64,000 nt of DNA from positions 23,557 through 87,556 of the forward strand of contig CAWFLB010000002.1 in NCBI GenBank assembly GCA_963816615.1, in the 5' to 3' direction. The translations under genes were made by a program, and so were the position numbers. The first letter of the stretch is position 1. The number at the start of each line of letters is the position of its first letter. The DNA comes from an uncultured beta proteobacterium (lineage in GTDB: Bacteria > Pseudomonadota > Gammaproteobacteria > Burkholderiales > Casimicrobiaceae). A model generated the notes under the pieces. It made no database searches and was not told the DNA's origin. It saw only the letters and a program-made list of their open reading frames with translations. Below, in pieces: positions 42,968 through 57,700 of the stretch.

Positions 42968-44484
42968 GCGGGCGCCGCCGCGATCGCGCAGGTATCGGCC
43001 GACGGCGTCGCGTTGTTCGGCGCTCATGTGCGAGTCCGCATTTGGTCCGTCGCCAAAGCACATCGTCAGCCTCGGCTGCCCATTCCTGCGCGACCAGATA
43101 GTCGACCTCGGCGGCATACAGCGTGTGGCCGAAATGCGCGCCCAGATCGGCCGGCGCGCGGGCATTGGCAAGAATGCCCGGGGCGCGCGTGCCGTGGCGG
43201 CGAGCCAGCGCCGCCAGCAGGGCCGCCGGCAGCCCGGGGTGGCGCGCGGCGAGCATCGCGCTCATAGCCGATGAGTCCGCTCCGGCGGCAGGTCCCCGCC
43301 GGGAAGTGGGCGGCGATCGGTCCAGCCGGAGCTCATCTGTGGAAAGAAAGGGCGCAGGTGTGCGAGCGCATGCTCGGAAAGTTTCCGGTAGGTCGTGATC
43401 TTGCCGCCGAAGATCGACAGCAGCGGAGCGCGCCCTTCAGCAGCATCGAGCTTGAGCACATAGTCGCGCGTGACCGCCGAAGGATCTTCCGAGCCGTCGT
43501 CGTAAAGCGGACGCACGCCGCTGTAGGTCCAGACGATGTCGGACGCGGCGATCGGCCGCGCCAGGTAAGCGTTGGCGATCGAGCAAAGGTAATCGATTTC
43601 GTCGGTCGAAATGCTCGGTGCCTCGATATTCGACCACCGGAACGTCGGTCGTCCCGATCAGCGAAAAGTCCTGCTCGATAAGGAATGATGAAGACGATGC
43701 GCTTGTCGGAATTCTGCAGGATGTAGGCATGCGGCTCGGTATGCACGCGCGGCACGACGATGTGGCTGCCCTTGACGTGCCTGACGTCGGCGCGAATCGA
43801 ATCCGGGCTGATCTGGTCCAGCAGATCCTTGACCCACGGGCCCGGCGGCGTTGACCAGGGCGCGCGCGTAGACCTCGTCGCTGCGGCCGGCGCCGTCGAC
43901 CAGCGTCGCTCGCCACAGCGCCATTCTCGCGCCGGGCCGAAGCGAGCCGCGTCCGCACGCGGACGTCGGCGCCCAGCTCGCGCGCCGATATCGCATTGAG
44001 GACGACCAGCCTCGCATCGTCGACCCGCGCGTCTGAGTAGACGAAGCCCTTGCGCGAAGCTCGTCCTTCAGGCCCGCGCCCCATCTGCTGGCGCGAGGTC
44101 GACGCCGAATGACGACGGCAGGGTCTTGCGGCCGCCTATGTGGTCGTACAGGAACAGCCCGCAACGGATCATCCACGCCGGCCGCAGATGCGGCTCGTGC
44201 GGAAGGACGAATTGCAGCGGCTCGATGATGTGCGGAGCGACCTTCAGCAGCACCTCGCGCTCGGATAGCGCTTCGGCGACCAGCCTGAATTCGTAGTGTT
44301 CGAGGTAGCGCAATCCGCCGTGGATCAGCTTGGTGCTCCACGACGAAGTGTGCGAGGCGAGATCGTCCTTTTCCGCAAGCAGCACCTTCAGCCCGCGGCC
44401 GGCGGCGTCGCGCGCGATGCCGGCGCCGTTGATGCCGCCGCCGATGACGGCGAGATCGTAGATTGCAGATGGGGAAGTGTTCAT
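42964..44484 (-). pseudogene. glpD: Glycerol-3-phosphate dehydrogenase (FAD), ~8 frame changes
   Basis: N-terminus YDLAVIGGGINGAGIARDAAGRG. Successive fragments in rotating frames: FVYSDARVDDARL, WRATLVDGAG...ALVNAAGP, WVKDLL...VPRVHTEPHAYILQNSDKRIVFIIPY, EQDFSLIGTTDV, ISTDEIDYL...VWTYSGVRPLYDD, AEVDYLVAQEW...VLWRRTKCGL, HMSAEQRDAVGRYL. 1521 nt minus 9 gives 1512 nt (503 aa). Confidence 0.8.
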
Positions 44485-44578
44485 CCGGACTTAGCGGCGC
44501 CCGCCATTCTAGCGCAGCGGACGGCTCGCACCGATTGCGCTAAGATCGCGCATCCTGAATCTTTCCGTGAGAGACACG

Positions 44579-45768
44579 ATGAACATCGTGCCCGAAGTTG
44601 CCGCGCTCAACGCCGAGATGCGCGATTGGCGGCATCATATCCACGCGCACCCCGAAACGGCGTTCGAGGAAACGGCGACGAGCGCGTTCGTCGTCGACAA
44701 GCTCGAAACGATCGGCCTGGACGTGCATACCGGGCTCGCCAAGACCGGCGTCGTCGGCGTGCTTCGCTGCGGACGCGGCAACGACGCGATCGGCCTGCGC
44801 GCCGACATGGACGCGCTGCACATCGCCGAACGCTCGGGCGTCGCCTACGCGTCGACGCACGAAGGCAGGATGCACGCCTGCGGCCACGACGGACACACGG
44901 CGATGCTGCTCGGGCGCCGCCAAGGCGCTGGCGCGACGGCGGCGCTTCGACGGCACCGTGTACTTCATCTTCCAGCCGGCCGAGGAAAACGAAGGCGGCG
45001 GCCGGGTGATGGTCGAGGAGGGGCTGTTCGACAGGTTTCCGATGCGCGCCGTGTACGGCATGCACAACTGGCCGCGCAAGCCGCTCGGCTCGTTTGCCAT
45101 GCGGCCGGGCCCGCTGATGGGCGCGTACGACATCTTCGAGATCGTCGCGACCGGCAAGGGCGCGCATGCGGCGATGGCCTACATGGGCAAGGACCCGATG
45201 CTCTTCGTCGCCCAGGCGATCAACGCGCTGCAGACGATCGTCTCGCGGAACCTTCATCCGCTCGCCGCCGGCGTGGTCAGCGTGACGCAGGTGCACGGCG
45301 GCGACACCTGGAACGTGATCCCGCAGGAAGTGGTGCTGCGCGGCACGGTCCGCACGTTCGATCCCGCGGTGCAGGACCTGATCGAGCAGCGGATGCGCAC
45401 GATCGTCGCCGGCGTCGCGGCGACTTTCGAGATGAGCGCGACCGTGCGCTACGAGCGGCGATACCCGGCGACCGTCAACGCCGAGAACGAGACGCGGCAC
45501 GCCGCCGCCGCCGCGACGGCCGTCGTCGGCGCCGAGCACGTCGAAACCGATCCGACGCCGGAGATGGGCAGCGAGGATTTCGCGTTCATGCTGCAGGCGA
45601 AGCCCGGCTGCTACGTCTGGCTGGGCGCCGGCAGCGGGCCCGACACGCCACAATATCCACAGCCCGCATTACGATTTCAACGACGAAGCGCTGGAGATCG
45701 GCGCGAGCTATTGGGTCACACTGGTCGAGCAGCAGCTGGCGGCCGCGGCGGCGCAGAAGGCGGCGTAG
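44579..45768 (+). pseudogene. M20 family amidohydrolase (hippurate hydrolase-like), 2 frame changes
   Basis: The segment MNIVPEVAALNAEMRDWRHHIHAHPE...HACGHDGHTAMLLG shifts frame near 44,915 to AAKALA...FIFQPAEENEGG. It shifts again near 45,650 to NIHSPHYDFNDEALEIGASYW...*. 1190 nt minus 2 gives 1188 nt. Confidence 0.75.
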
Positions 45769-45772
45769 CGCT

Positions 45773-46957
45773 TCAGGCGGCCTCGAGCGCCGCCAGCGTA
45801 TGCCGCGCGATCATCGACTCCTCGTCGGTCGCGATGACCCACGCCGAGACACCGCTGCCTTCGGCGCTGATCCTCGGACCGCCGGCGGCGTTGGCCGCCT
45901 CGTCGAGCTCGACGCCCAACCACGCCGCATCGCGACAGATGCGCGCCCGGATCGGCGCCGCGTGCTCGCCGATGCCGCCGGTGAACACGATTGCGTCGAG
46001 GCCGTCCAGCGCGGCGGCGAGCGAGCCCAACTCGCGCCGGACGCGGTAGCAGAAGAGCTCGATCGCGAACCTCGATCGCGCATCGTCTCGCGAGAGCAGC
46101 GTGCGCATGTCGCTCGACACGCCCGATACGCCGAGCAGTCCCGACTGGTGGTAGAGCAGCTTTTCGATCGACCGCGCGTCCATCTTGAGCTCGTCCAATA
46201 GATAGAGCACGACGCCCGGATCGAGTGCGCCGGCACGGGTTCCCATCAGCAGGCCGTCGAGTGCGGTGAATCCCATCGTCGTGGCGACGCTCTTGCCGGC
46301 GCGGATCGCGCACATGCTGGCGCCGTTGCCGAGATGCGCGACGACGACGCGTCCGCGCGCGGCAGCCGGATCGAAGCGCGGGAAAACATCGGCGATGTAT
46401 TCGTACGAAAGGCCATGAAAACCGTAGCGGCGAACACCGCGCTCGGTGATTTCCGGCGGCAAGCCGAAGGCTCGCGCGAGCGGTTCCTGCGTGCGGTGAA
46501 ACGCCGTATCGAAGCAGGCGATCTGCGGCAGCGCCGGCTCGCGCTCGGCGATGACCCGCATCGGCGCCAGATTGTGCGGCTGGTGCAGCGGCGCGAGCGG
46601 CACCAGCCGCTCGAGCCGGGCCAGCACGTCGGCATCGATCCGCACCGGCGCGACGAACTCCTCGCCGCCGTGCACGACGCGGTGGCCGACGGCGCCGAGC
46701 CGGCGCTGCCCTTGCTCTCCCTGCACGAAGTCGAGCACATAGGCAACCGCGGCGGCGTGCCCGAGCGACTCGCGATCGGGCCAGTCGCGCTGCTGCACCA
46801 GCGTGTCGTGCGCATCGCGCGCGGTGAACGCCGGCTTCGTGGTCAGGCCTTCGATCTGGCCGCGCAACAGCGGTCGCGGACCGGCCGCGTCATTGGCGTA
46901 CAGGGTGAATTTCAGGCTCGACGATCCTGCATTCAACACCAGGATCGCGTCGATCAT
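45773..46957 (-). CDS. ackA: Acetate kinase
   Basis: 394 aa with N-terminal MIDAILVLNAGSSSLKF. ATGA overlap with the upstream pta gene. Confidence 0.9.
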   Translation of the reverse strand: MIDAILVLNAGSSSLKFTLYANDAAGPRPLLRGQIEGLTTKPAFTARDAHDTLVQQRDWPDRESLGHAAAVAYVLDFVQGEQGQRRLGAVGHRVVHGGEEFVAPVRIDADVLARLERLVPLAPLHQPHNLAPMRVIAEREPALPQIACFDTAFHRTQEPLARAFGLPPEITERGVRRYGFHGLSYEYIADVFPRFDPAAARGRVVVAHLGNGASMCAIRAGKSVATTMGFTALDGLLMGTRAGALDPGVVLYLLDELKMDARSIEKLLYHQSGLLGVSGVSSDMRTLLSRDDARSRFAIELFCYRVRRELGSLAAALDGLDAIVFTGGIGEHAAPIRARICRDAAWLGVELDEAANAAGGPRISAEGSGVSAWVIATDEESMIARHTLAALEAA

Positions 46958-48358
46958 TTCACTTCTGCCGAGCCAGCGGCGCTCGTCTTGCGGCGGTCGT
47001 GTGCCAGGAGCTTGAGCACCGCGGTCGAGGCGAGCCGGTCGCGTACCGGGTCGGCGCGCGAGGTCAACACGATCGGCACGCGGGCGCCGAGCACGATGCC
47101 CGCGCTGCCTGCGCCGGCGAGATACTGCAGCTGCTTGGCCAGCATGTTGCCGGATTCGATGTCGGGAACGAGCAGGATATCGGCACGGCCTGCGACCGGC
47201 GATTTTATGTGCTTGATCCTGGCGGCATCGGCGCTGATCGCGTTGTCGAAGCCGAGCGGTCCGTCGATGATGGCGCCGACGATCTGGCCGCGCTCGGCCA
47301 TCTTGCAAAGCGCAGCCGCATCGACGGTCGACGCGATTCGCGGATTCACCGTCTCGACGGCCGAAAGGATCGCGACCCTCGGCTCCGACAGGCCCAGCAC
47401 ATGGGCGAGATCGATCGCATTGCGGCAGATGTCGGCCTTCTCGGCCAGGCCCGGCGCGATGTTGATCGCCGCATCGGTGATCATCAGCAGGCGCGGGTAA
47501 GTCGGAACGTCGAGTATGAACACGTGACTTATGTGGCGCGCCGTGCGCAATCCCGCTTCGGCCAGCACCACGGCCGACATCAACTCGTCGGTGTGCAAGC
47601 TGCCTTTCATCAGCGCTTCGACTTCTCCGTCGCTCGCCATCGCAACTGCCGCAGCCGCAGCGGCATGGCTGTGCTCGGTCGACACCAGGCGATATGGCGA
47701 CAGGTCGACGCCTTCCGTTTTCGCCACCGCCCGTATCTTCGCGGCGGGACCGACCAGAACCGGCACGATCAGTCCTATCCTGGCGGCTTCGATGGCGCCG
47801 AGCAACGAGTCGCGATCGCAGGGATGGACGACCGCGCAAACCACTGCGGGCAAAGACTCGCACGCGGCGAAGATCGTCGCGAAACCATCGTTGCGGCGGA
47901 GAATCCTCTCGGGTGTCGCCAGCTCGCTATAGGTGATCCGCTCGGTCGCCGCCGTCACGTCGGCGAGGCCCGTCGCAAGCACCTCGCCGCGCTGGTTCTC
48001 GCAGCGGCAGGCAAATTCGATGCTGTGGGTAGGGTCGTGCCTTGTCTTTGCGGTCACTGTCACCGTCAGCACGTCGCCGACGTTGATCGTGCCGGCGTAC
48101 TGGAAGCGGGTGCCGACTATCCGGCTGCCTGGCCCCGGCAGGCGATGCGACAACACGCCGGCGATCAGTGCGACTGCGGCGGCGCCCTGTGCCGCCAGGT
48201 CATCGCGCTGATGCCTTGCCGCCTTCGAGATGAAACGCTTCGACCTTGCCCGCGGCAAGCGCCAGCGCCTCGACGTCGGTCACGGTAACGACATGCGTAA
48301 CAGTCAGCGTTTCGCCGACGGCGATCTCTTCGTACGTACGGTTGCGATAGTCGGCCAT
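46954..48358 (-). pseudogene. pta: Bifunctional MaoC-like dehydratase / phosphate acetyltransferase, 1 frame change near 48,215
   Basis: The first 50 codons (MADYRNRTYEEIAVGETLTVTHVV...) are in a different frame from the 434-aa ORF that carries the rest of the hotdog domain and the Pta domain. 1405 nt minus 1 gives 1404 nt. Confidence 0.75.
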
Positions 48359-48362
48359 CTGG

Positions 48363-48394
48363 AAAAAGGGACGGCTTCGAGGCCACCGCCTCCC
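48363..48394 (-). terminator. Probable terminator of the atp operon
   Basis: Minus strand reads GGGAGGCGGUGGCCUCGAAGCCGUCCC followed by UUUUU, about 20 nt after the atpC stop. Confidence 0.4.
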
Positions 48395-48413
48395 GGCGCT
48401 GGTCTCGTGCCTG

Positions 48414-48839
48414 CTAGCCCCGGCCTTTGCGCAAGCGGCGAATCGCCGCGAGTTGCGCCACCGCGCCCGCGAGCTCGGCTTCGGCGCGCGCGATGTCTTC
48501 CTTCGACGCCTTGTTCTGCATCGCCTCTTCGGCGGCCTGCTTGGCCTGCAGCGCCTTCGCCTCGTCGAGATCCTTGGCGCGAATCGCCGTATCCGACAGC
48601 ACCGTCACGACGTCGGGCTGTATCTCGAGGTAGCCGCCCTGGACAAAAACGATCTGCTCTTCGGCCTGTCCCGGTACCTTGATGCGCACCTCGCCCGGCT
48701 TGATCTGCGTGATCAGCGGCGTGTGCTTCGGATAGACGCCGAGCTCGCCCATCACTCCGGGAAGCACGACGAACTCGGCCTCGCCCGAATAGATCGACTC
48801 TTCGGCGCTGACGACATCGACGTGGATGGTATTGGCCAT
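48414..48839 (-). CDS. atpC: F0F1 ATP synthase subunit epsilon
   Basis: 141-aa intact ORF with the typical N-terminal beta-sandwich and C-terminal helices. Last gene of the operon. Confidence 0.9.
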   Translation of the reverse strand: MANTIHVDVVSAEESIYSGEAEFVVLPGVMGELGVYPKHTPLITQIKPGEVRIKVPGQAEEQIVFVQGGYLEIQPDVVTVLSDTAIRAKDLDEAKALQAKQAAEEAMQNKASKEDIARAEAELAGAVAQLAAIRRLRKGRG

Positions 48840-48849
48840 GGCCGTCGCG

Positions 48850-50233
<1,384 letters not shown>

Positions 50234-50280
50234 GATGCTTCCTTCGGTTCGATGTTGCATTCGCCGATTCACGCGTCATG

Positions 50281-51153
50281 TCATACCGCCGCCGCACCGG
50301 CGACGATCTCCGACAGTTCCTTGGTGATCGCCGCCTGGCGCGTCTTGTTGTAGATGAGCTGCAGCTCGTCGATGATCGTCAGCGCGTTGTCCGACGCGGC
50401 CTTCATCGCGACCATGCGCGCGCTCTGCTCGGAGGCGATGTTCTCGTTCGCCGCCTGGTAGATCATCGACTCGATGTAGCGCGTCAGCAGTCCGTCGAGC
50501 ACGGTCTTCGCGTCGGGCTCGTAGATGTAGTCCCAGGGAAACTCGCGCTTCTCGGTCTCGTCGCCGAGATCGGCGGTCGGCAGGATCAGGCTCGCGACCG
50601 GCGTCTGCTTCATCGTGTTGTCGAATCGCGTCGCGACCAGGTGCAGCTCGTCGATCTTGCCGTCGATGTATGCATCGAGCTGGACCTTGACCGGCCCGAT
50701 CAGCTTGTCGAGGTGCGGGCGATCGCCGAGATTGACGACCTGCGAGACGACGTTGGCCTTGAGCCGGTGCATGAAGCCCAGGCCCTTGTTGCCGATCGCG
50801 GTGACCTGCACGCCGATGCCCTTCGCCTGCCAGGCCTTGATGCTCGCCAGCGCCAGGCGCAACGCGTTGGTGTTGAGGCCGCCGCACAGGCCCTTGTCGG
50901 ACGTCACGACGATCAGGCCGACGTTGCGGACCTCGCGGCGCGCTTGAGCAGAAACGCGATGCCGGTACTCGGGGTTGGCATGCGCCAGATGGCGCGCGAT
51001 CGCGAGCATGCGCGCGACATACGGACGCGACGCGCGCATGCGCTCCTGCGCCTTTTTCATTTTCGAGGCCGCAACCATTTCCATGGCCTTGGTGATCTTG
51101 CGCGTGTTTTGCACGCTCTTGATCTTGTTGCGGATTTCTTTCGAGCCGGCCAT
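50281..51153 (-). CDS. atpG: F0F1 ATP synthase subunit gamma
   Basis: 290-aa intact ORF ([32 protein letters not shown]...). Confidence 0.9.
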   Translation of the reverse strand: MAGSKEIRNKIKSVQNTRKITKAMEMVAASKMKKAQERMRASRPYVARMLAIARHLAHANPEYRHRVSAQARREVRNVGLIVVTSDKGLCGGLNTNALRLALASIKAWQAKGIGVQVTAIGNKGLGFMHRLKANVVSQVVNLGDRPHLDKLIGPVKVQLDAYIDGKIDELHLVATRFDNTMKQTPVASLILPTADLGDETEKREFPWDYIYEPDAKTVLDGLLTRYIESMIYQAANENIASEQSARMVAMKAASDNALTIIDELQLIYNKTRQAAITKELSEIVAGAAAV

Positions 51154-51165
51154 CGCGTCGCGTTC

Positions 51166-52710
<1,545 letters not shown>

Positions 52711-52772
52711 GTTTTTTCCTCGCGCTTCGGCCGCATGTCCGCATCGCGGGCGGCGTCGCGTCAGTTTCGATA

Positions 52773-53315
52773 TTAGACTCGCAGCTGGTTCGCCATCGCC
52801 TGCAATTCGCTTTGAACCGACGCGTCGATCACCGTGTCGCCGACGATGATCTTCGCCCCGCCGATCAGCGCGCGGATCGACGCTGACCGTCGCCTCGATT
52901 TTCTTGCCGAAGCGGCGCTCCAGTGCGCCTTGCGCAGCGCTGCGAGCTGCGCGTCGTCGAGCGGGAATGCGCTGATGATCTGCGCCCGCGCGACGCCGTC
53001 GGCCTCGTCCTTCAGCGTCTCGAACAGCGTGCGGATTTCCGGCAGCAGGCCGATGCGATCCGCCTCGATCAGCACGCGGATGAAGCTCCGGCCGCCGCGA
53101 TCGAGCTTGTCGCCGCAGATCGACAGGAACAGCGATTCCTTCTCCGCGGCGGCGAGCTTGGGATTGTCGAGCGCGGCGCGCACTCGCGCGATCGGAAGCC
53201 GACCGCGGTCGCGACGCCGCAGCATCTCGGCCCACACCGGCAGCGCGTTGGCCTCGCGCGCCAGCGCGTACGCGGCTTCGGCGTACGGTCGCGCGACGGT
53301 GATCGGCTCGGCCAT
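52773..53315 (-). pseudogene. atpH: F0F1 ATP synthase subunit delta, frame changes totalling +3 nt
   Basis: [16 protein letters not shown]...[14 protein letters not shown] is followed by 2 extra nt, then [17 protein letters not shown], 1 extra nt, then [19 protein letters not shown]...*. 543 nt minus 3 gives 540 nt (179 aa). Confidence 0.85.
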
Positions 53316-53322
53316 GGCTTGC

Positions 53323-53794
53323 CTAGAGCTGCTTTTCGATCGTCGCCAGCAGATCGGCGTGCGCCTTGGCGTCGACTTCGCGCTTGAGTATCTGCTCGGC
53401 GCCGGCGACGGCGAGCTGCGCGACCTGCCCGCGCAGCGCTTCCTTGGCGCGATAGACTTCCTGCTCGATCTCGGCCTTGGCGGCGGCCAGCATCCGGTCG
53501 CCCTCGGTCTTGGCACAGAGACTCGACTGCTCGATCGTCTCGCTTTTCAGCTTTTCGCCCTGCGCGACGATATCCTGCGCGCGCGTCTTGGCCTCGGTCA
53601 TCATCTCGGCGATGCGCTTTTCGGCGTTCGCCAGGCTGTGACGGCCCTCCTCGCCCGCGGCGAGCCCGTCGGCGATCTGCGTCTGCCGCGTCTCGATCGC
53701 GCGCATCAGCGGCGGCCAGATGTACTTCGCGCAAGCCCAGATCAGGATGCGCGAAGATGGCGGCCTGCATCAACAACGTCAGGTTGATGTTCAT
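53323..53794 (-). pseudogene. atpF: F0F1 ATP synthase subunit b, 1 frame change near 53,745
   Basis: MNINLTLLMQAAIFA is in one frame; (L)IWACAKYIWPPLMRAIETRQ...EKQL* is in the next. 472 nt minus 1 gives 471 nt (156 aa). Confidence 0.85.
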
Positions 53795-53828
53795 GACTGG
53801 TTCCCCTGTCCGCGATCGGCCGCATCGG

Positions 53829-55030
<1,202 letters not shown>

Positions 55031-55044
55031 CCCTGCGGTTGCTG

Positions 55045-55439
55045 TCACTCGCGAATCACGATCGCCGCCGTCCAAACCAGCACCGTCACGACAAACGCGG
55101 CGATCAGCGCCGCGGCAACGACGTCCCGGTAGGTCGTCAGCACCAGCCAGAGCTGGAGCACGATCAACATAATCTTGGCTGCTTCGGCGCGGATCATCGT
55201 CCGTACCGTATCCCCTGGCGCCGCGACCCACTTAGCCAAACGACCACCGCATAGACGATCCCAGCGGTGACGTTCACCAGCCCGCCCAGCAACGCCGACA
55301 ACGCGCCGTGCAACCCGGCCCCCACGCCGGCGATCGCGGCGATCGCGACCGTCGCGAAGAGCTGCCAAGCCGCGATGCGGCCGACAGGAAAACCCGGTGG
55401 GGAGCGTGCCGAATCCGGCGTGGCCACGGAGCGAAGCAA
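55045..55439 (-). pseudogene. atpI: ATP synthase protein I, frame change near 55,250
   Basis: Two hydrophobic fragments sit in different frames (…AIAGVGAGLHGALSALLGGLVNVTAGIVYAVVV and …[25 protein letters not shown]…*). First gene after the promoter. Start codon is uncertain (TTG 55439 or downstream). Confidence 0.6.
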
Positions 55440-55447
55440 ACCTTTGG

Positions 55448-55477
55448 ATTATAGGGTTTTGTGCGGCGCCGCGTCAA
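55448..55477 (-). promoter_or_regulatory. Sigma70-type promoter of the atp operon
   Basis: Minus strand reads TTGACG, an 18-nt spacer, then TATAAT. It lies immediately upstream of atpI. Confidence 0.5.
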
Positions 55478-55514
55478 CGAAAGCCGCCGCGGGCAGATAC
55501 GGTGCGCCGGCGCT

Positions 55515-55776
55515 TCAGCCGCCGGTCAGCGCACAGACGATCATCACCTCGTCGTCGCCAGCGAGGCGCGGCGACAGGTCTCGCGCCTGCACGCCGTTGA
55601 CGAAGAACTTGATGTGCTGGCGGATGCTCCCTTGCTCATCGATGATGCGAAAGCGAATGCCGGGATAGCGCACGTTCGAGGTCGCCGACGACTTCGGCGA
55701 GCGTTGCGCCGTCGGCGCTGACCTTCGCCGCATCGTTGGTATACGAACGCAGCGGACCGGGAACGAGCACGTGCAT
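55515..55776 (-). pseudogene. MoaD/ThiS-family ubiquitin-like protein (C-terminal GG), 1 frame change
   Basis: MHVLVPGPLRSYTNDAAKVSADGATLAEVVGDLE is in one frame; (R)YPGIRFRIIDEQGSIRQHIKFFVNGVQ...VMIVCALTGG* is in the next. 262 nt minus 1 gives 261 nt (86 aa). Confidence 0.65.
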
Positions 55777-55807
55777 CGTCGTCGGGCGAATGGCTTCGTC
55801 GGCGCCG

Positions 55808-56940
55808 CTACATCGTCTCGACCGAATAGATTTCAGGCAAGTGCGACGCCAGGCATTTCCACGTGCGCCCTTCGTCGCGGCTGCCCCAGACCTCGCCGCT
55901 GGTGGTGCCGAAATAGACGCCGACCGGCGCTCCGGCATCGGCGGTCATCGCCTGGCGCTTGACCGTCAGCCATGCCTGCGATTTGGGGAGTCCGATCGCC
56001 TGTCGCTGCCAGGTCTTCCCGGCATTGACCGATCGATATACCGCTGGCTTGCCGCCCGGTGAGACGCGCGGCCACACGCTGGTGCCGTCCATCGGGAAGA
56101 CCCAGATCGTATCGGGCTCGCGCGGATGCACGACCATCGGCAAGCCGATCGGGCCGACGCTCTTTGGCATCGCCGCACCGATGTCTTCCCAGCGCTCGGC
56201 GGGTCGATCGAGGCGGTAGATGCCGCAGTGATTCTGCTGATACAGGCGGTCGGGCAGCATCGGGTGCAGGCGTACGCAATGCGGGTCGTGGCCGTACTCG
56301 GGATCCGGCTGCGGCAGAAAGTCCGCCTTGACGCCGCGATTCAGCGGGCGCCAGTCGGCGCCGCCGTCGGTAGATTCGAATACGCCTCCGCCCGACATGC
56401 CGATGTACATGTGTCGCGCATCGCGCGGGTCGATCAGTATCGAATGCAGCTTCGGTCCGTCGGGCGTGCCGTCCTGGTCGCCGCCGCACCAGGCCTTGCG
56501 CATGCGGGTGCTCGTTGAATCCGGCCACGCCCCGCCAGGTCGCGCCACCGTCTTCGGAGCGGAACAGCCCTTGCGGCGACGTGCCGCCGTACCAGACGCC
56601 CGGCTCGCTCGCATGTCCGGGCGTCAGCCAGAATGTGTGATCGACGACGCGTGCGCTGCCTTCGCCGAACGCAGGCGGCTGCTTGGCTTCGTGCCAGCTG
56701 CGCCCGCGATCGCCGGAGCGAAAGATCGTCGGCCCGAGATGGCCGGTGCGCGCCGCCGCGAGCATCGTCTTGCCGTCGCGAGGGTCGGCGACGCAGTGGT
56801 GCACGATGTGGCCGAGAAACTGCGGCCCGGCCACGCGCCAGCTGCGGCGCGATCGCATCGCCGTGCAGTTGCCACAGGCCCTTGCGCGTCGCGAGCAGCA
56901 AGCTCACGCGACGCGCAGGCATCTTCGCAGCCTGCGCCAT
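55808..56940 (-). pseudogene. BNR/Asp-box repeat beta-propeller (sialidase-like) protein, 2 frame changes
   Basis: Five Asp-box motifs across three frames: SGDRGRSW, SEDGGATW, STDGGADW, SVNAGKTW, SRDEGRTW. No signal peptide. 1133 nt minus 2 gives 1131 nt (376 aa). Confidence 0.65.
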
Positions 56941-57131
56941 GACGTTCTCCTTCGACGGGTAGTCGCGGTTGGACTGCCGAAGTTACGCTTTAGCGCACGC
57001 GGCGACAAGTGTCGCCCGCGCACCGTCGCCGGCGGGATTTCCGGTACAATTTATGATCCGTCGCCGTCGTGTGCCGCATGCGTGCACGGCCGCGACGGCC
57101 GTCGCCACACGCCACCGCGGAAGGAACACCC

Positions 57132-57638
57132 ATGACGATCAAAGTCGGCGACCGGCTGCCTGCCGGCACGTTGAGCGAATACATCGAAGTCGCGACCGAG
57201 GGCTGCCCGGTCGGGCCCAACCAGTTTCAGGTCGATGCGCTGACCAAGGGCAAGAAAGTCGTGCTGTTCGGCTTGCCCGGCGCATTCACGCCGACCTGCT
57301 CGGGCAAGCATGTGCCCGGCTACGTCGCGCATTTCGGCGAGCTCAAGGCCAAGGGCGTCGACGAGATCGTCTGCATGTCGGTCAACGACGCGTTCGTCAT
57401 GGGCGCATGGGCGAAAGATCAGAAAACCGAGGGCAAGGTCCGGATGATGGCCGATGGCAGCGCCGCGTATACCAAGGCGCTCGGGCTCGAGCTCGACCTG
57501 ACCGCGCGCGGCATGGGTGTGCGCTGCCAGCGCTTTTCGGCACTGGTCGACGATGGCGTCGTCAAGAAGTTGAATGTCGAGGGGCCGGGCAAATTCGAGG
57601 TCTCCGATGCGCAGACGATGCTGAACGAGCTCGGTTGA
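57132..57638 (+). CDS. Peroxiredoxin (Prx5-like)
   Basis: 168 aa from the internal ATG. The peroxidatic Cys sits in the context LPGAFTPTCS. Confidence 0.85.
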   Translation: MTIKVGDRLPAGTLSEYIEVATEGCPVGPNQFQVDALTKGKKVVLFGLPGAFTPTCSGKHVPGYVAHFGELKAKGVDEIVCMSVNDAFVMGAWAKDQKTEGKVRMMADGSAAYTKALGLELDLTARGMGVRCQRFSALVDDGVVKKLNVEGPGKFEVSDAQTMLNELG

Positions 57639-57660
57639 GCGACGGACCCGCGCATGGAAA

Positions 57661-57688
57661 CGGCGCCCGCGGGCGCCGCTTTTGTTTT
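57661..57688 (+). terminator. Rho-independent terminator after the peroxiredoxin gene
   Basis: CGGCGCCC-GC-GGGCGCCG stem followed by CTTTTGTTTT. Confidence 0.6.
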
Positions 57689-57700
57689 CACGCACGACGA

